The translations under genes were made by a program, and so were the position numbers. From assembly GCA_037624485.1 (NCBI GenBank), contig JASJJC010000015.1:3326-67325 (forward strand): a stretch of DNA of 64,000 nt, written 5' to 3'. Under the pieces are notes generated by a model, which worked only from the letters and a program-made list of their open reading frames with translations, searched no databases and was not told where the DNA came from. The DNA is from Chitinophagales bacterium (GTDB taxonomy: Bacteria; Bacteroidota; Bacteroidia; Chitinophagales; UBA8649). Below are positions 1 to 9,252 of this stretch, piece by piece. The first letter of the stretch is position 1. Each line of letters begins with the position of its first letter.

Positions 1-395
1 GGTATGATTTCTTCACTAGAAAAAGTCTTCAACATTTCATCAATTCGTTTTCGAATTACTGAGGTATTACCTTCAGTACTTTTATCGAATCCTTCATTAA
101 TAGCTTCACCCATGTTATCACTATTAATCATATCTGAGGTTATTTCAAAACGCACAGCCATGCTGCTATTCTCTTTAATAATAGCATTCCCGTCACTATT
201 TTTTTTGGTGAGGTATAATCCAATAGTATACAATTTAAAAACAAATTTAGATCGGATACCTCCACCATTTAATATAAGCGTTTGATCATGATATGAAAGT
301 TTCGCAGGTAGGGTGACATCATTAAGGGTTAGCTGAGCATTCGCGCTCAAGGCCAAGGAAAAAATTACTGAAAAGATTAAGAGTTGTTTACGCAT
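1..395 (-). pseudogene. Chalcone-isomerase-like (CHI-like) secreted protein. The C-terminal end lies beyond the window, and the N-terminal 32 codons are split over two reading frames.
   Basis: Hand translation of the minus strand. ATG at 395 gives MRKQLLIFSVIF, then a stop at 350-348. Frame +1 continues SLALSANAQLTLNDVTLPAK, then a stop at 288-286. The original frame resumes LSYHDQTLILNGGGIRSKFVFKLYTIGLYLTKKNSDGNAIIKENSSMAVRFEI...EGFDKS, open to the window edge. The LNGxGxRxKxxxxLYxxxLYL pattern is typical of bacterial CHI-like proteins. The frame switches coincide with A5 (360-364) and T4 (300-303) runs. Confidence 0.55.
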
Positions 396-678
396 TATTT
401 ATTTTTTTTAATTCTATTTAAGGATTCTTTTTTAAATATTTCGTGGCAAGCCTAAAATAGAAGTTATTAAATCATTCATTTTCTATAAGCAGAGGAAGAT
501 AAAACAAATCTTTTAAATCACCAATATACCCATGATTGGCTTTCATAATTGTTTTTTCATTCGTTGAGAGCTTGGTAATCATTCCTGTTTTTAATCAATT
601 GAAAGTTGACTCAGGGCAACTACATAGATTGTATGTATCCATATTGCACATGGCACCTTCAAACCTGTTTTTTAAAGC

Positions 679-686
679 TACCTTTG
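679..686 (+). promoter_or_regulatory. Bacteroidota-type -7 promoter box (TAnnTTTG)
   Basis: TACCTTTG lies 27 nt upstream of the ATG at 713. Confidence 0.45.
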
Positions 687-712
687 TACTTTACAAAAAA
701 TGGAGTGGATTC

Positions 713-1780
713 ATGAGTACAGAATTTAAAGTAAATAGACCATCACCAATCACGGTAGATCAAGAGCTAGAGGTTTTTAACCGCTATGCCGATGCAAAAG
801 AAACGATTAAGGGTTTGGAGGCAGGAATCCCTGTATTAGTAAACGGTTTTTACAGTAATGGAATGACCCTTATTCGTGAGGTACAAACGCATTTGAGAAA
901 AACGATGCCAAACAAAACCTTTCAAGAGCAGCGAGCCTATCGCGCAGCTTATCGCAAACTATCTAATCTAATTTTGATTGAAGTTGATCATCATAAACTC
1001 AAAGTTAAAAAAGCACCGTCCATTGGCTGGTTGGCCAAACTCTATCCAGAAAACAAACATTTTTTATTGCCCTTTCCTCAAGTGCAGGGAATGAATAGCT
1101 CTTGGCAGTGGTATCAAAATGGAATAATGATTCCCGTATTGCGTAATAAATTACACCCTTACTACGGCACATATTTTCCTACTCGCTTTGATCATTTGAT
1201 TCTGTTCGATAATTGGTTGAAGCGTTACGAAGGAGCAAAAAAGTCTGCTATAGATATTGGTGTTGGCAGCGGAGTGCTAAGTTTTCAGTTGGTTAAGCAT
1301 GGTTTTCAGAAAGTTTTTGCCACTGACACAAATCCAAATGCAATTACAGGGCTCAGAGAATCCATGGGGGAAACCAAAATGTCTCGAAAGATTGAATTGG
1401 CGTACGCCTCTCTATTTGGTCCTTTTGAAAAGCAGACTGAACTGATTGTGTTTAACCCACCTTGGATACCTCAAGATGGAGAATTAGACAGCAATGATGA
1501 AGCTATTTATTATAAAGAAACACTGTTTCCTGATTTTTTTGAAGCAGCAAAAAAAAGACTTTTACCCGATGGGAAATTAGTTATTATTTTCTCTAACCTA
1601 TCTCAAATCACTGAAGTAAGCAAAACACATCCTATTCAAGAGGAGATTGAAAAAGGTGGAAGGTTCCATCTAGAAAAATGCTTAACCCGCGCTGTTAAGG
1701 CAGCCAGTGAAAAAACAAAGCGTGACCAAAATTGGCGTTCTTCTGAAGAAGTAGAGCTTTGGATATTGAAGCACCAGTAA
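713..1780 (+). CDS. Class I SAM-dependent methyltransferase (NPPW-type) with an N-terminal domain of unknown function
   Basis: SAM-binding motif IDIGVGSGVLS and motif IV FNPPWIP. Start moved from the TTG at 536 to the in-frame ATG at 713 (MSTEFKV...). The upstream extension is hydrophobic junk, and a TAccTTTG box precedes 713. Confidence 0.75.
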   Translation: MSTEFKVNRPSPITVDQELEVFNRYADAKETIKGLEAGIPVLVNGFYSNGMTLIREVQTHLRKTMPNKTFQEQRAYRAAYRKLSNLILIEVDHHKLKVKKAPSIGWLAKLYPENKHFLLPFPQVQGMNSSWQWYQNGIMIPVLRNKLHPYYGTYFPTRFDHLILFDNWLKRYEGAKKSAIDIGVGSGVLSFQLVKHGFQKVFATDTNPNAITGLRESMGETKMSRKIELAYASLFGPFEKQTELIVFNPPWIPQDGELDSNDEAIYYKETLFPDFFEAAKKRLLPDGKLVIIFSNLSQITEVSKTHPIQEEIEKGGRFHLEKCLTRAVKAASEKTKRDQNWRSSEEVELWILKHQ

Positions 1781-1795
1781 TTTAATTTAGAATAC

Positions 1796-3997
1796 TCAAA
1801 TTAATTCTTCTAACTCTTCTGCGAACTTAACGATTTCAGAATAGTCAGAAATTTCAGCTAACCGCAAGGTATCCGTAAAAATCATGATGGACTCTCCATT
1901 ACTTTCTAAATGATGGACGTTGCCATTTTCAATAAACAAACGAAGTGCGGGGCTAAGAAATTCCGTCATTTTTTTCTGATCATTTACCTTGATGATAAAG
2001 TCTTTGGAGAATTCTTTAAACAAAGAATAATCGATATCCTTATGCCATGATGTATTTAAGTAGATATCGGTAAAACTTTTCTTTTCGATAACAAATTTAG
2101 GTATTGTTTTTGATGCCTTAAGTAGACAAATAGTTGTGTTATATTCTTCAGAAGCTAAATAAGCGCCTTCCTCAAAACGTACATCAAAAATTTTCCAATT
2201 CCGTTTATTATTTTGCGAAGTGATTGTATTTAATTGAAACTCTACTGGTCGGGTTTTGAAAAAATAAAAAGACTCGAAATATTGCAAGTCGGTTGATTGT
2301 TCAATATTGAAATTCCATTGGTGACCGTCAGCCATTTCTGTTAATCGAAGCTGTCTCTTGGTCTTTATTTTAGCTGCTATTTTAGGTAAAATTTTCAAAG
2401 CTAACTTGTGATCACATGAGGAAGAGTGCTCTTCTAATCCAGAGATAAAAACATTGCCGCCGGTATCTGAGTGACTGCGTTGAAAACTATAAATATTTTC
2501 TAGAATGGAATGATCTACCAGTTTAGCGCCAGATAGGTCAATCGTTACTTGGGTGCCCGGTTTTACTCTAGACATTAAGTCTTGAATTTTGAGGGTTGCT
2601 AGGAAATTGGCAATACCCTTGATTTCCAAGTGGTAGGATCCATCTTTATTCGTGAAAATATTCGAGCCCGAATTAAAAATCATTTTCAGAAATGTACGAG
2701 GAGGCATCATAGATAGCAGCCAGTGTACCATTAAAGCTAAACCCAAACCTCCAAAAATACCAATTAATAGATCGGTATAAAGCGTGATAATTAAGGTGCC
2801 TGAGAAAAATATAAGCTGCTCAGGACCATAGCTGTACACATCTTTAAACACTTTAGGAGAAGCCAGCTTATACCCAGTAAAAACAAGTAAAATAGCTAAG
2901 CTACAAAGCGGAACCATTTTGATAAATGGAGTAAGAATAAAAATAAAGAGTAGGAGCAACAGACCATGATACAAGTTAGACCATTTTGTCTTCGCGTTGT
3001 TTTGAACATTCACGCTGCTTCGCACAATTACACTGATTATAGGCAAACCACCTATTGCTCCTGAAACCATTGTGCTCAAACCTATCCCAATAAGGTCTTT
3101 GTTTAAATCTGTCTTTCTGTTGTAGGGGTCTAGTTTATCTACTCCCTTGCTTCCTGCTAGTGAATCAATACTTGAAATCATGGTTATAGATAACACGGAA
3201 ATCCAAAAAGGCATCGTATTGATTTTTGAAAAATCAGGAAACATAATTGCATCCATGATATTATCGGGTAAATTAATCAGTAACTCGGGCCCTACATTGT
3301 AATCGCTGCCTAAAAAGCTTAAGGTTTGAGCTTCGAAAAAGTTGAATAAAAATACAAATGGAATGGATAAAATCAACAACCAAAGTGGCGCGGGTATTAG
3401 ATGAAAAAGTTTATAAGATAATCGGGAATGAAACAATAAGAGCAGAAGCCCCAACAATGAAATAACTCCCACGTATGGATTAATATTAGGTATTTGTTTT
3501 ATGGCATCCACTATTGTCCCAATAATTTCTGTTGAGTTAGATGTTGTCCCCATTGCAATGTGTATTTGCTTCGAGATGATGATAACACCAATCGCTGCAA
3601 GAATTCCTTGGATAACTGTACTGTGGAATAAATCGGCGTATTTACCTAACTTGAAAAAGCCTAATAAAACTTGAATAACACCAGAGACGACGATGGCTGC
3701 AAAAACATAGTTGAGTGCATGACCCGATCCGTCATCTAAGGCAGCCACAGACGATAAAATTACTGCTATAATCCCAGCGGAAGGTCCATTGATAGCTAGA
3801 TGACTTCCTCTAAAAAAGGTAGTAACAACGCCTCCAATAACGGAAGAGAAGATACCCGCCATAGGCGGCACTCCTGCGGCAATTGCGATCCCTAAACACA
3901 AAGGCATCGCCACCAATGCTACACTGATTGCTGCGAGAACATCACTTTGCCAGTTTTCAACTAATCCCTTTAATCCTTGCTTTGGTAATGACCGCAT
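1796..3997 (-). CDS. SulP-family inorganic anion transporter with a STAS domain and an extra C-terminal domain of about 200 aa
   Basis: N-terminal SulP pattern (GVPPMAGIFSSVIGGVVTTFFRGSHLAINGPSAG), multiple TM segments and a STAS-like block (GIANFLATLKIQD...IDLSGAKLVDHSILE). At 733 aa it is about 170-200 aa longer than typical SulP proteins. Confidence 0.85.
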   Translation of the reverse strand: MRSLPKQGLKGLVENWQSDVLAAISVALVAMPLCLGIAIAAGVPPMAGIFSSVIGGVVTTFFRGSHLAINGPSAGIIAVILSSVAALDDGSGHALNYVFAAIVVSGVIQVLLGFFKLGKYADLFHSTVIQGILAAIGVIIISKQIHIAMGTTSNSTEIIGTIVDAIKQIPNINPYVGVISLLGLLLLLFHSRLSYKLFHLIPAPLWLLILSIPFVFLFNFFEAQTLSFLGSDYNVGPELLINLPDNIMDAIMFPDFSKINTMPFWISVLSITMISSIDSLAGSKGVDKLDPYNRKTDLNKDLIGIGLSTMVSGAIGGLPIISVIVRSSVNVQNNAKTKWSNLYHGLLLLLFIFILTPFIKMVPLCSLAILLVFTGYKLASPKVFKDVYSYGPEQLIFFSGTLIITLYTDLLIGIFGGLGLALMVHWLLSMMPPRTFLKMIFNSGSNIFTNKDGSYHLEIKGIANFLATLKIQDLMSRVKPGTQVTIDLSGAKLVDHSILENIYSFQRSHSDTGGNVFISGLEEHSSSCDHKLALKILPKIAAKIKTKRQLRLTEMADGHQWNFNIEQSTDLQYFESFYFFKTRPVEFQLNTITSQNNKRNWKIFDVRFEEGAYLASEEYNTTICLLKASKTIPKFVIEKKSFTDIYLNTSWHKDIDYSLFKEFSKDFIIKVNDQKKMTEFLSPALRLFIENGNVHHLESNGESIMIFTDTLRLAEISDYSEIVKFAEELEELI

Positions 3998-4218
3998 TAG
4001 ATGATAAATTCTCTTGTCTAAAAATTTTCTTAAAGCTTAAATATAGTGAAATTTGATGTGATGCAGAATTGAAGATGATTTTTTTTAGAAATGGTCTGAT
4101 AAAAATAGGAGCACCTTTTTCAAGAACACTTTAATGTTTTGGGCAAAATAAATAGTTCTAATATCTAGAAAAACAAAATTAAAGATTAGCCGAGATGGCA
4201 TCCATGATAGGGTAATTT

Positions 4219-5841
4219 CTAATTCTTAACTATAGCTAATCTATGGGTTTGCTTATTGATCTCGAAATTTAAAAAATAGAGGCCTTCACTTAGATTATTC
4301 AGCTTGTTTAAAACCAAACTGTTATTATTTATTTCTGCATTATATGTTTCTATTAATTTCCCATCTATAGCATATAGTCTTAGCAGAGTATGTTGATTAG
4401 GGATATTATTTAGCTGTATGTTTAAGTGATCATCGAAAGGAAGAGGATAGACTCTAGCAACAACATTTTCTTGAATACCCTGAAGAGATAAAGTACTTTC
4501 CTGATATACCCTAACAAAGTCTATTTCCATAGCACCACTAGAAAATGTTGGAGATATCTCTGGTAATATAGCTAGATTTAAGAGTAAGTATTGATCAGCA
4601 TCAAAAGGCCATGTATTTAAATCTTTGATCGCGGGATTATACGTATAATGAGTGATTCCATCAACACTAAACATCAATTTATAGGGAGTCCAGACCAATG
4701 TATAGGTGTGGAAATCGGTAGATGCTGTTGCAATATTTTGTCCACCGGTATTAACCGTCCCTCCAGAGCTGGATGGAGTATGTGTGGCGCTTTTTATGAC
4801 ATTTTGATCGCTGCCCCAATGCTCCATGATATCAATTTCACCACAATAGGGCCAAGAGCTTGTGTCGAATCCAAGATTATCCCAATAGCCGCCATCTTCA
4901 TTGATGTCTTTACCCAACATCCATATCGCTGGCCAAGTGCCAATTCCCTCTGGTAGTTTTGCCCGAACCTCGACCTTTCCATAGGTAAAGGCAAATTTAG
5001 AATTTAATCTTGCAGATGTATATTCTTTAGTAATGCCTTGATTCGTATAATTCTCTTTTTTTGCAACAAGGTGGAGTGTTCCATTATTTACATACGTATT
5101 ATCTATTTTGTCTGTATAATGTTGTATTTCTCCATTGAACCATGATCCATTTTGAGGTATTTGTGTTTGATGAAACCAATGGGTAGAAAGAATTGGTCCA
5201 TCGACATCAAACTCGTCCGACCAAACTAAATAATCGTATACAGGATCGCTTAGGATGGTTCCATCATAGCTTACATCGTCTATATAAGCCAGCACCTGGT
5301 CATTGTTGTTTTCACCATTGACTTGAATAAGTACTCTGTTAAAATCGGTTCGCTGACTTGGAGGAGGTGAGGAGGCATTTAAATTGATATAATTGTCATT
5401 TTCAAAATCAAAGCTTACCGTTTGCCATTGATCTAAAGTCAAGGGCTTAACAATTTGACTTTGGGTGGACCAAGGATTTGCTTTGGTTCCATCTTGAAGT
5501 TTTAAAGAAACCTGATTCAGCTGACTGCCTGTCAAGCTATTTGAGGGGATATATATTTTTAAGCTAAAAGTTCTGTTGGTATTTAACTCGAAATTATTAA
5601 GCGCATCAAACCGCACATTAGCATATTGCCCGCCGATGTCATGATATTCAAGAACGTTATCAGATAAGTTAATTCCTTGTTTAAATGGATTGTTAAAGCT
5701 TATATTCAAGTTACAGTTATCTCCATACCATGAGCTAATGGTCCCATTTCCTTCAAAATCATCTTCTATTGTCAAGGTTTGAGCCAGTAAGAAACTTAAA
5801 GAGAAAGTTAAAATAGTTAAGGATATAAGTTTGAACTTCAT
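4219..5841 (-). CDS. Secreted glycoside hydrolase family 16 (laminarinase/beta-glucanase-like) with an N-terminal CBM-like module and a T9SS C-terminal sorting domain
   Basis: Signal peptide (MKFKLISLTILTFSLSFLLAQ). GH16 catalytic motif GEIDIMEHWG (ExDxxE) and WPAIWMLG. C-terminal sorting-domain pattern VYPLPFDDHLNIQL...LRLYAIDGKLI...GLYFLNFEI...RLAIVKN. Confidence 0.8.
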   Translation of the reverse strand: MKFKLISLTILTFSLSFLLAQTLTIEDDFEGNGTISSWYGDNCNLNISFNNPFKQGINLSDNVLEYHDIGGQYANVRFDALNNFELNTNRTFSLKIYIPSNSLTGSQLNQVSLKLQDGTKANPWSTQSQIVKPLTLDQWQTVSFDFENDNYINLNASSPPPSQRTDFNRVLIQVNGENNNDQVLAYIDDVSYDGTILSDPVYDYLVWSDEFDVDGPILSTHWFHQTQIPQNGSWFNGEIQHYTDKIDNTYVNNGTLHLVAKKENYTNQGITKEYTSARLNSKFAFTYGKVEVRAKLPEGIGTWPAIWMLGKDINEDGGYWDNLGFDTSSWPYCGEIDIMEHWGSDQNVIKSATHTPSSSGGTVNTGGQNIATASTDFHTYTLVWTPYKLMFSVDGITHYTYNPAIKDLNTWPFDADQYLLLNLAILPEISPTFSSGAMEIDFVRVYQESTLSLQGIQENVVARVYPLPFDDHLNIQLNNIPNQHTLLRLYAIDGKLIETYNAEINNNSLVLNKLNNLSEGLYFLNFEINKQTHRLAIVKN

Positions 5842-6000
5842 GCTGATGAGATATTTTGAATAAGTGGTTTTTATTCTATAAAATGATTTTATAATTTTAC
5901 TCTTGGGGTTTGGGTCTACATCCGTTTCACCTCGTGTAAAGGTATTAAAAAGCGAAAGAATTTTCAGTTTAAGTCGTATAAATTACTTTTCAGATAGCCT

Positions 6001-6030
6001 AAAAAATATCGATTTCCTAGGATATCGATT
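6001..6030 (-). terminator. Possible rho-independent terminator downstream of the DUF1853-like gene
   Basis: Imperfect palindrome ATCGATTT-CCTAGG-ATATCGAT (6008-6029), followed on the minus strand by T6 (6006-6001). The stem is AT-rich and weak. Confidence 0.35.
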
Positions 6031-6061
6031 CGGATTTTATATTATTTAATAAGCAAATGGA

Positions 6062-6859
6062 CTACCACCAAACAATAAAAAAAGCGAGGTATGATTTCTT
6101 GTGTTTTTGCCAACATAAAGTGGCTTGTTTTTCTCGGATAATCGCCTCGGCCTGCTTTACTATACCTTCAAAGTCTGCCCAGATTTCGTTATCTGCGGGG
6201 TCCATTCCCCATTCTTTTTTGGTAGGCAAATAATAGTTTTTTAAAGCATGGTCCATTTTTATAAATGAGTCTAAATTTAAATAATAGCCTTTGATAGCTT
6301 TTGCATAACTGGAGTCAAAAGTAAGTTTGTATTGATAAGGAATAAATAAAGAAACCAGGAAGCAAAGCGACTGAGAAACTTCATTAATGGCGATATCAGG
6401 TAATACAGATTGTGTGAAATTGTGGTGTAATAAGGGGAATTGTTTATTTTTTAGTTTTTCTAATTTCTCTTTCAATGAATCATTTCTGTTAGGACCAATC
6501 CAGTTATTAAAAGCATGCTCAGAAATGTTTGGATCATATAAATAAAACTTATAGGCTAATTCCAAATGTATAATCTGCTGATTCCGTAAATTTTGTATGA
6601 TAAAATCAATTTCACCCAAGGTTTTTTTATCCTTAATGACCTGAATGTTCTCATAGAGCACTTCGTAATTGGTGGAAGATTGAATTAAATTAGAAATAAT
6701 TTTTTCTACTAAGTGACCTAATCTTAGCTGGCTTGGCAGTTCAAATTGCAGATCTTCTTTGAGCTTTAGTTCTGATAAATTAAATGCTTTTAAACCGGTA
6801 ATTGATGGTGATAGATTGTTTGTTTGGAGTATCGAGCTTATTCTTGGTTTCGTTTTCAT
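6062..6859 (-). CDS. DUF1853-like hypothetical protein
   Basis: Pattern LGHLVEK...GEIDFII...HLELAYKFYLYDP...WIGPN...KNKQFPLL matches my recollection of DUF1853 family proteins. Not verified by search. Confidence 0.5.
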   Translation of the reverse strand: MKTKPRISSILQTNNLSPSITGLKAFNLSELKLKEDLQFELPSQLRLGHLVEKIISNLIQSSTNYEVLYENIQVIKDKKTLGEIDFIIQNLRNQQIIHLELAYKFYLYDPNISEHAFNNWIGPNRNDSLKEKLEKLKNKQFPLLHHNFTQSVLPDIAINEVSQSLCFLVSLFIPYQYKLTFDSSYAKAIKGYYLNLDSFIKMDHALKNYYLPTKKEWGMDPADNEIWADFEGIVKQAEAIIREKQATLCWQKHKKSYLAFFIVWW

Positions 6860-7093
6860 TGATAAATATCTTTAATAAGGTGTCCGTTGACAGTCTATTT
6901 AATTTAACTGAGATTGTTGACTTTAATAATCTAGCCAAGAGCTGCTCCAGTTCAATCCACATTATTTTTAGTCTTGATAGTAACAAGCAATGCTTGGTAT
7001 AGCAAGTCTATGGTCTCAAAGTAATTAAGCTGCTAACATTGGTGTAGTGCTTTCCATGAAAGGAGCTTTAATCAATCAAGAGTTATTTTAACT

Positions 7094-7492
7094 TTAATCG
7101 ATATAGGATTCTTCTTTTATTATAAGGGATATCCCTGATTTTTGACAAGCTTTAAGCATACAATCCAGGTAGGGCTTAAGCTGGTCATCGGTTTTTACTG
7201 GATTCATAAAAAAGACTATTTCATTAATTTTTTCAACTTTCATTTGCATTGCGACTAAATCTGCATGCTGGTCGACCTCAGCTGCTACAAGTAAATGGTC
7301 ATATGTTTTAATTTTTTGCATCGCATTAATGAGGCCATACTTGCCAGATAAGATCATGAATTTCACGCCTATTAATTGGGCCGCATGATAGACATTTTTA
7401 ATCCTTTCATTTTGATAAAGTGCAGCGGCTGGCATAGGAGTTTTACGCTTATCTTTTTTCGCAGAACAATATGTACAATAAATGCTAATCAC
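7094..7492 (-). CDS. Hypothetical 132-aa protein (possibly DUF6884-like)
   Basis: N-terminal YCSAKKD...PAAALYQNERI resembles the CSxxK...A..LY pattern of DUF6884. The assignment is weak. It is the last gene of the co-directional string 7094-11298. Confidence 0.35.
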   Translation of the reverse strand: MISIYCTYCSAKKDKRKTPMPAAALYQNERIKNVYHAAQLIGVKFMILSGKYGLINAMQKIKTYDHLLVAAEVDQHADLVAMQMKVEKINEIVFFMNPVKTDDQLKPYLDCMLKACQKSGISLIIKEESYID

Positions 7493-7518
7493 TTTTGTTG
7501 ATTTAATTCTTTGTAGAT

Positions 7519-8622
7519 CTAGATTTCATTTTCACTTACATTCATGTATTCAGCCAGTAAACGATGGAAATGATGCACCCCTTTTTCCCTTTTTGGTGAG
7601 AATCTTCCAGCTTTGTAAAAACGAGATTGAAGCCCTTTGTGCACTGCCTCTACCACAGATTCGTCTTCACGTTCGACCTTATCTAATAATGCTCCAGCAC
7701 CTTTTGAAAGTTTCTCTTCATCATAAACATAAGTGATAAAAGAGATCTTGGTCTTATTGATTTCTATAGGTTTTACAATATTTATTGACAAACCCCAAGG
7801 ATAAAAATTAAACATGATATTAGGGAAAATCCAATAATAATAAGCAGCAACATGCTTTCCATAATCTATATGACCTTCAGGTAAATTAAAAACCTCTTCA
7901 CCACTATCGGAATATCCAATCTGCACATTCACATGCTCATATATCTCGGTTTCGTAACTGCCATAATCCAAAACTTTGTTCAAGTCTTCGTGGACAAATG
8001 GAACATGAAATCCTTCTAAGTAATTATCGCAATACAATGCCCAATGACAATTTACTATATAATCCTTATTCCTAGATTCATCTAGTTTAAATTCATTTAA
8101 AGGCAGAAATCCTACTCTTTCATTCATCGTATTTATCACTTTAGAAAAGTCAAATGCAGGATCTAATCCAACAAATAAATGTGAACCGAATTTTTGGAGA
8201 GAGAATTCGGTCAAACTATCACATGGTCTTGGAAAATTTTTGGCCTCTCTGAATTCAGGCATGTGTTTGAATTTGCCATCCAAACTAAAGGATCTTCCAT
8301 GATACCTGCAATTTAGCGTACTAACTTTTCCTGGATCTTGCACCACGATGTTTCCTCGATGGGTACATACATTAGTAAAACATTTGAGCTCGTCGGTTTG
8401 GTCTTTTATCAATACCAAGGGCTCAGTTAAGTAATTATCCAGTAAAACTAATGGGTATGCACTTCCTGTCAGCGGTACTAGCTTGTTTTCATCTCCAATC
8501 CATTGCCAAGATCTTAGGAATACCTTCTCTTTTAATGCTTGAAAAACTTCTGCGCTTCGATAAAATTCAGCGGGAAGAGTTTCAGCTTGACTTATATCAG
8601 GATGAACATCAAATCTTTTCAT
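7519..8622 (-). CDS. Rieske [2Fe-2S] non-heme iron oxygenase, alpha-subunit-like
   Basis: Rieske motif CTHRGN...(17)...CRYHGRSF, followed by a catalytic-domain-length C-terminal part with conserved His (FHVPFVHED). Confidence 0.8.
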   Translation of the reverse strand: MKRFDVHPDISQAETLPAEFYRSAEVFQALKEKVFLRSWQWIGDENKLVPLTGSAYPLVLLDNYLTEPLVLIKDQTDELKCFTNVCTHRGNIVVQDPGKVSTLNCRYHGRSFSLDGKFKHMPEFREAKNFPRPCDSLTEFSLQKFGSHLFVGLDPAFDFSKVINTMNERVGFLPLNEFKLDESRNKDYIVNCHWALYCDNYLEGFHVPFVHEDLNKVLDYGSYETEIYEHVNVQIGYSDSGEEVFNLPEGHIDYGKHVAAYYYWIFPNIMFNFYPWGLSINIVKPIEINKTKISFITYVYDEEKLSKGAGALLDKVEREDESVVEAVHKGLQSRFYKAGRFSPKREKGVHHFHRLLAEYMNVSENEI

Positions 8623-8626
8623 TAAG

Positions 8627-8965
8627 TTAGTATAATAGATGCTTCTTACTGGCTTTTTTCCAACCCGTATTGTATTTGTCTTCGGTAAAGTAAATGATTA
8701 AATCACAGTTATATTTATCTTCTGTGAAATAAATTATTTTGTCAGAGTTATACTTATTGTCTGAAAAGTACCAATGTCCCTTATTATTTCCGAGATTATA
8801 TTTGTCTTTACTTTTAAATACAACAAGATCACAATTGTACCTATTATTTGTCACGTAGACTAAAATGTCTGCATTGTATTTGTCGCCTGAAGAATATATA
8901 AGTTGAGCAGAAGAAAGTTTACAAACAAAAAATATAAATGCAAGTAAGGAAAATATTTTTTTCAT
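8627..8965 (-). CDS. Small secreted protein built from DKYNxD(L/I)x(V/I)(Y/F) repeats (DUF6150-like by recollection)
   Basis: Signal peptide MKKIFSLLAFIFFVCKLSSAQ. Six copies of a motif of about 12-15 aa: DKYNADILVYVT, NRYNCDLVVFKS, DKYNLGNNKGHWYFS, NKYNSDKIIYFT, DKYNCDLIIYFT, DKYNTGWKK. Confidence 0.5.
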   Translation of the reverse strand: MKKIFSLLAFIFFVCKLSSAQLIYSSGDKYNADILVYVTNNRYNCDLVVFKSKDKYNLGNNKGHWYFSDNKYNSDKIIYFTEDKYNCDLIIYFTEDKYNTGWKKASKKHLLY

Positions 8966-8997
8966 AGGATATTTTTGAGATAAATATAGGTGGGTTT

Positions 8998-9243
8998 TTA
9001 AATGGTCTCTTTATGTTTTTGGTAAAGCATTTGGCAAACTTTGTCCATGGACTTAAAAATTGCTTCATCAAAATTAGTCGATTTCGTAATACTTGTCAAA
9101 GTCTGAACAGCATTATAAATAATAATATTATCACTTTGCTTGATGCGTTCAACAGCATTCACCTCATTACTTCCTTTCGAAGAATTAGATACTATAACTT
9201 CTTTGGTATCTGTATCTATTGCAAATAATAAAGTCTTACTCAT
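8998..9243 (-). CDS. Hypothetical 81-aa cytoplasmic protein
   Basis: ATG-initiated ORF 9 nt downstream of the HNH gene stop. No signal peptide and no recognisable motif. Confidence 0.4.
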   Translation of the reverse strand: MSKTLLFAIDTDTKEVIVSNSSKGSNEVNAVERIKQSDNIIIYNAVQTLTSITKSTNFDEAIFKSMDKVCQMLYQKHKETI

Positions 9244-9252
9244 ATATTTTTA

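Noticed and set aside
4-285. 93-aa plus-strand ORF at the left edge
   Set aside because: It lies antisense to a clearly conserved CHI-like coding frame on the minus strand, and its own translation is low-complexity and hydrophobic with no motif.
536-712. Upstream extensions of the ORF-track models. Affected ORFs: 536 (methyltransferase), 11353 (GH2), 23362 (PAP2), 47886 (GT2), 53604 (LysM protein), 30250 (aminopeptidase) and 18859 (ffh).
   Set aside because: These are alternative-start extensions. They either run into the neighbouring gene or precede a better ATG that carries a signal peptide, a conserved N-terminus or a TAnnTTTG box.
6062-6859. Possible PD-(D/E)XK nuclease motif in the DUF1853-like protein (GEIDFII...HLELAYK), considered as a defence gene
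   Set aside because: The spacing is E-x3-K rather than (D/E)-x-K. There are no partner genes (methylase, ATPase or helicase) nearby. The evidence is too weak to call a nuclease or defence function.
6860-7093. 234-bp intergenic region with small palindromes (CAAGCAATGCTTG; CTTTC-CAT-GAAAG) and two ORFs of about 66-68 aa (6780-6986 minus, 6802-7002 plus), considered as an sRNA or small gene
   Set aside because: The stems are short, with no T-tract and no promoter box. The mutually antisense ORFs have no coding-like composition. I cannot support a feature here.
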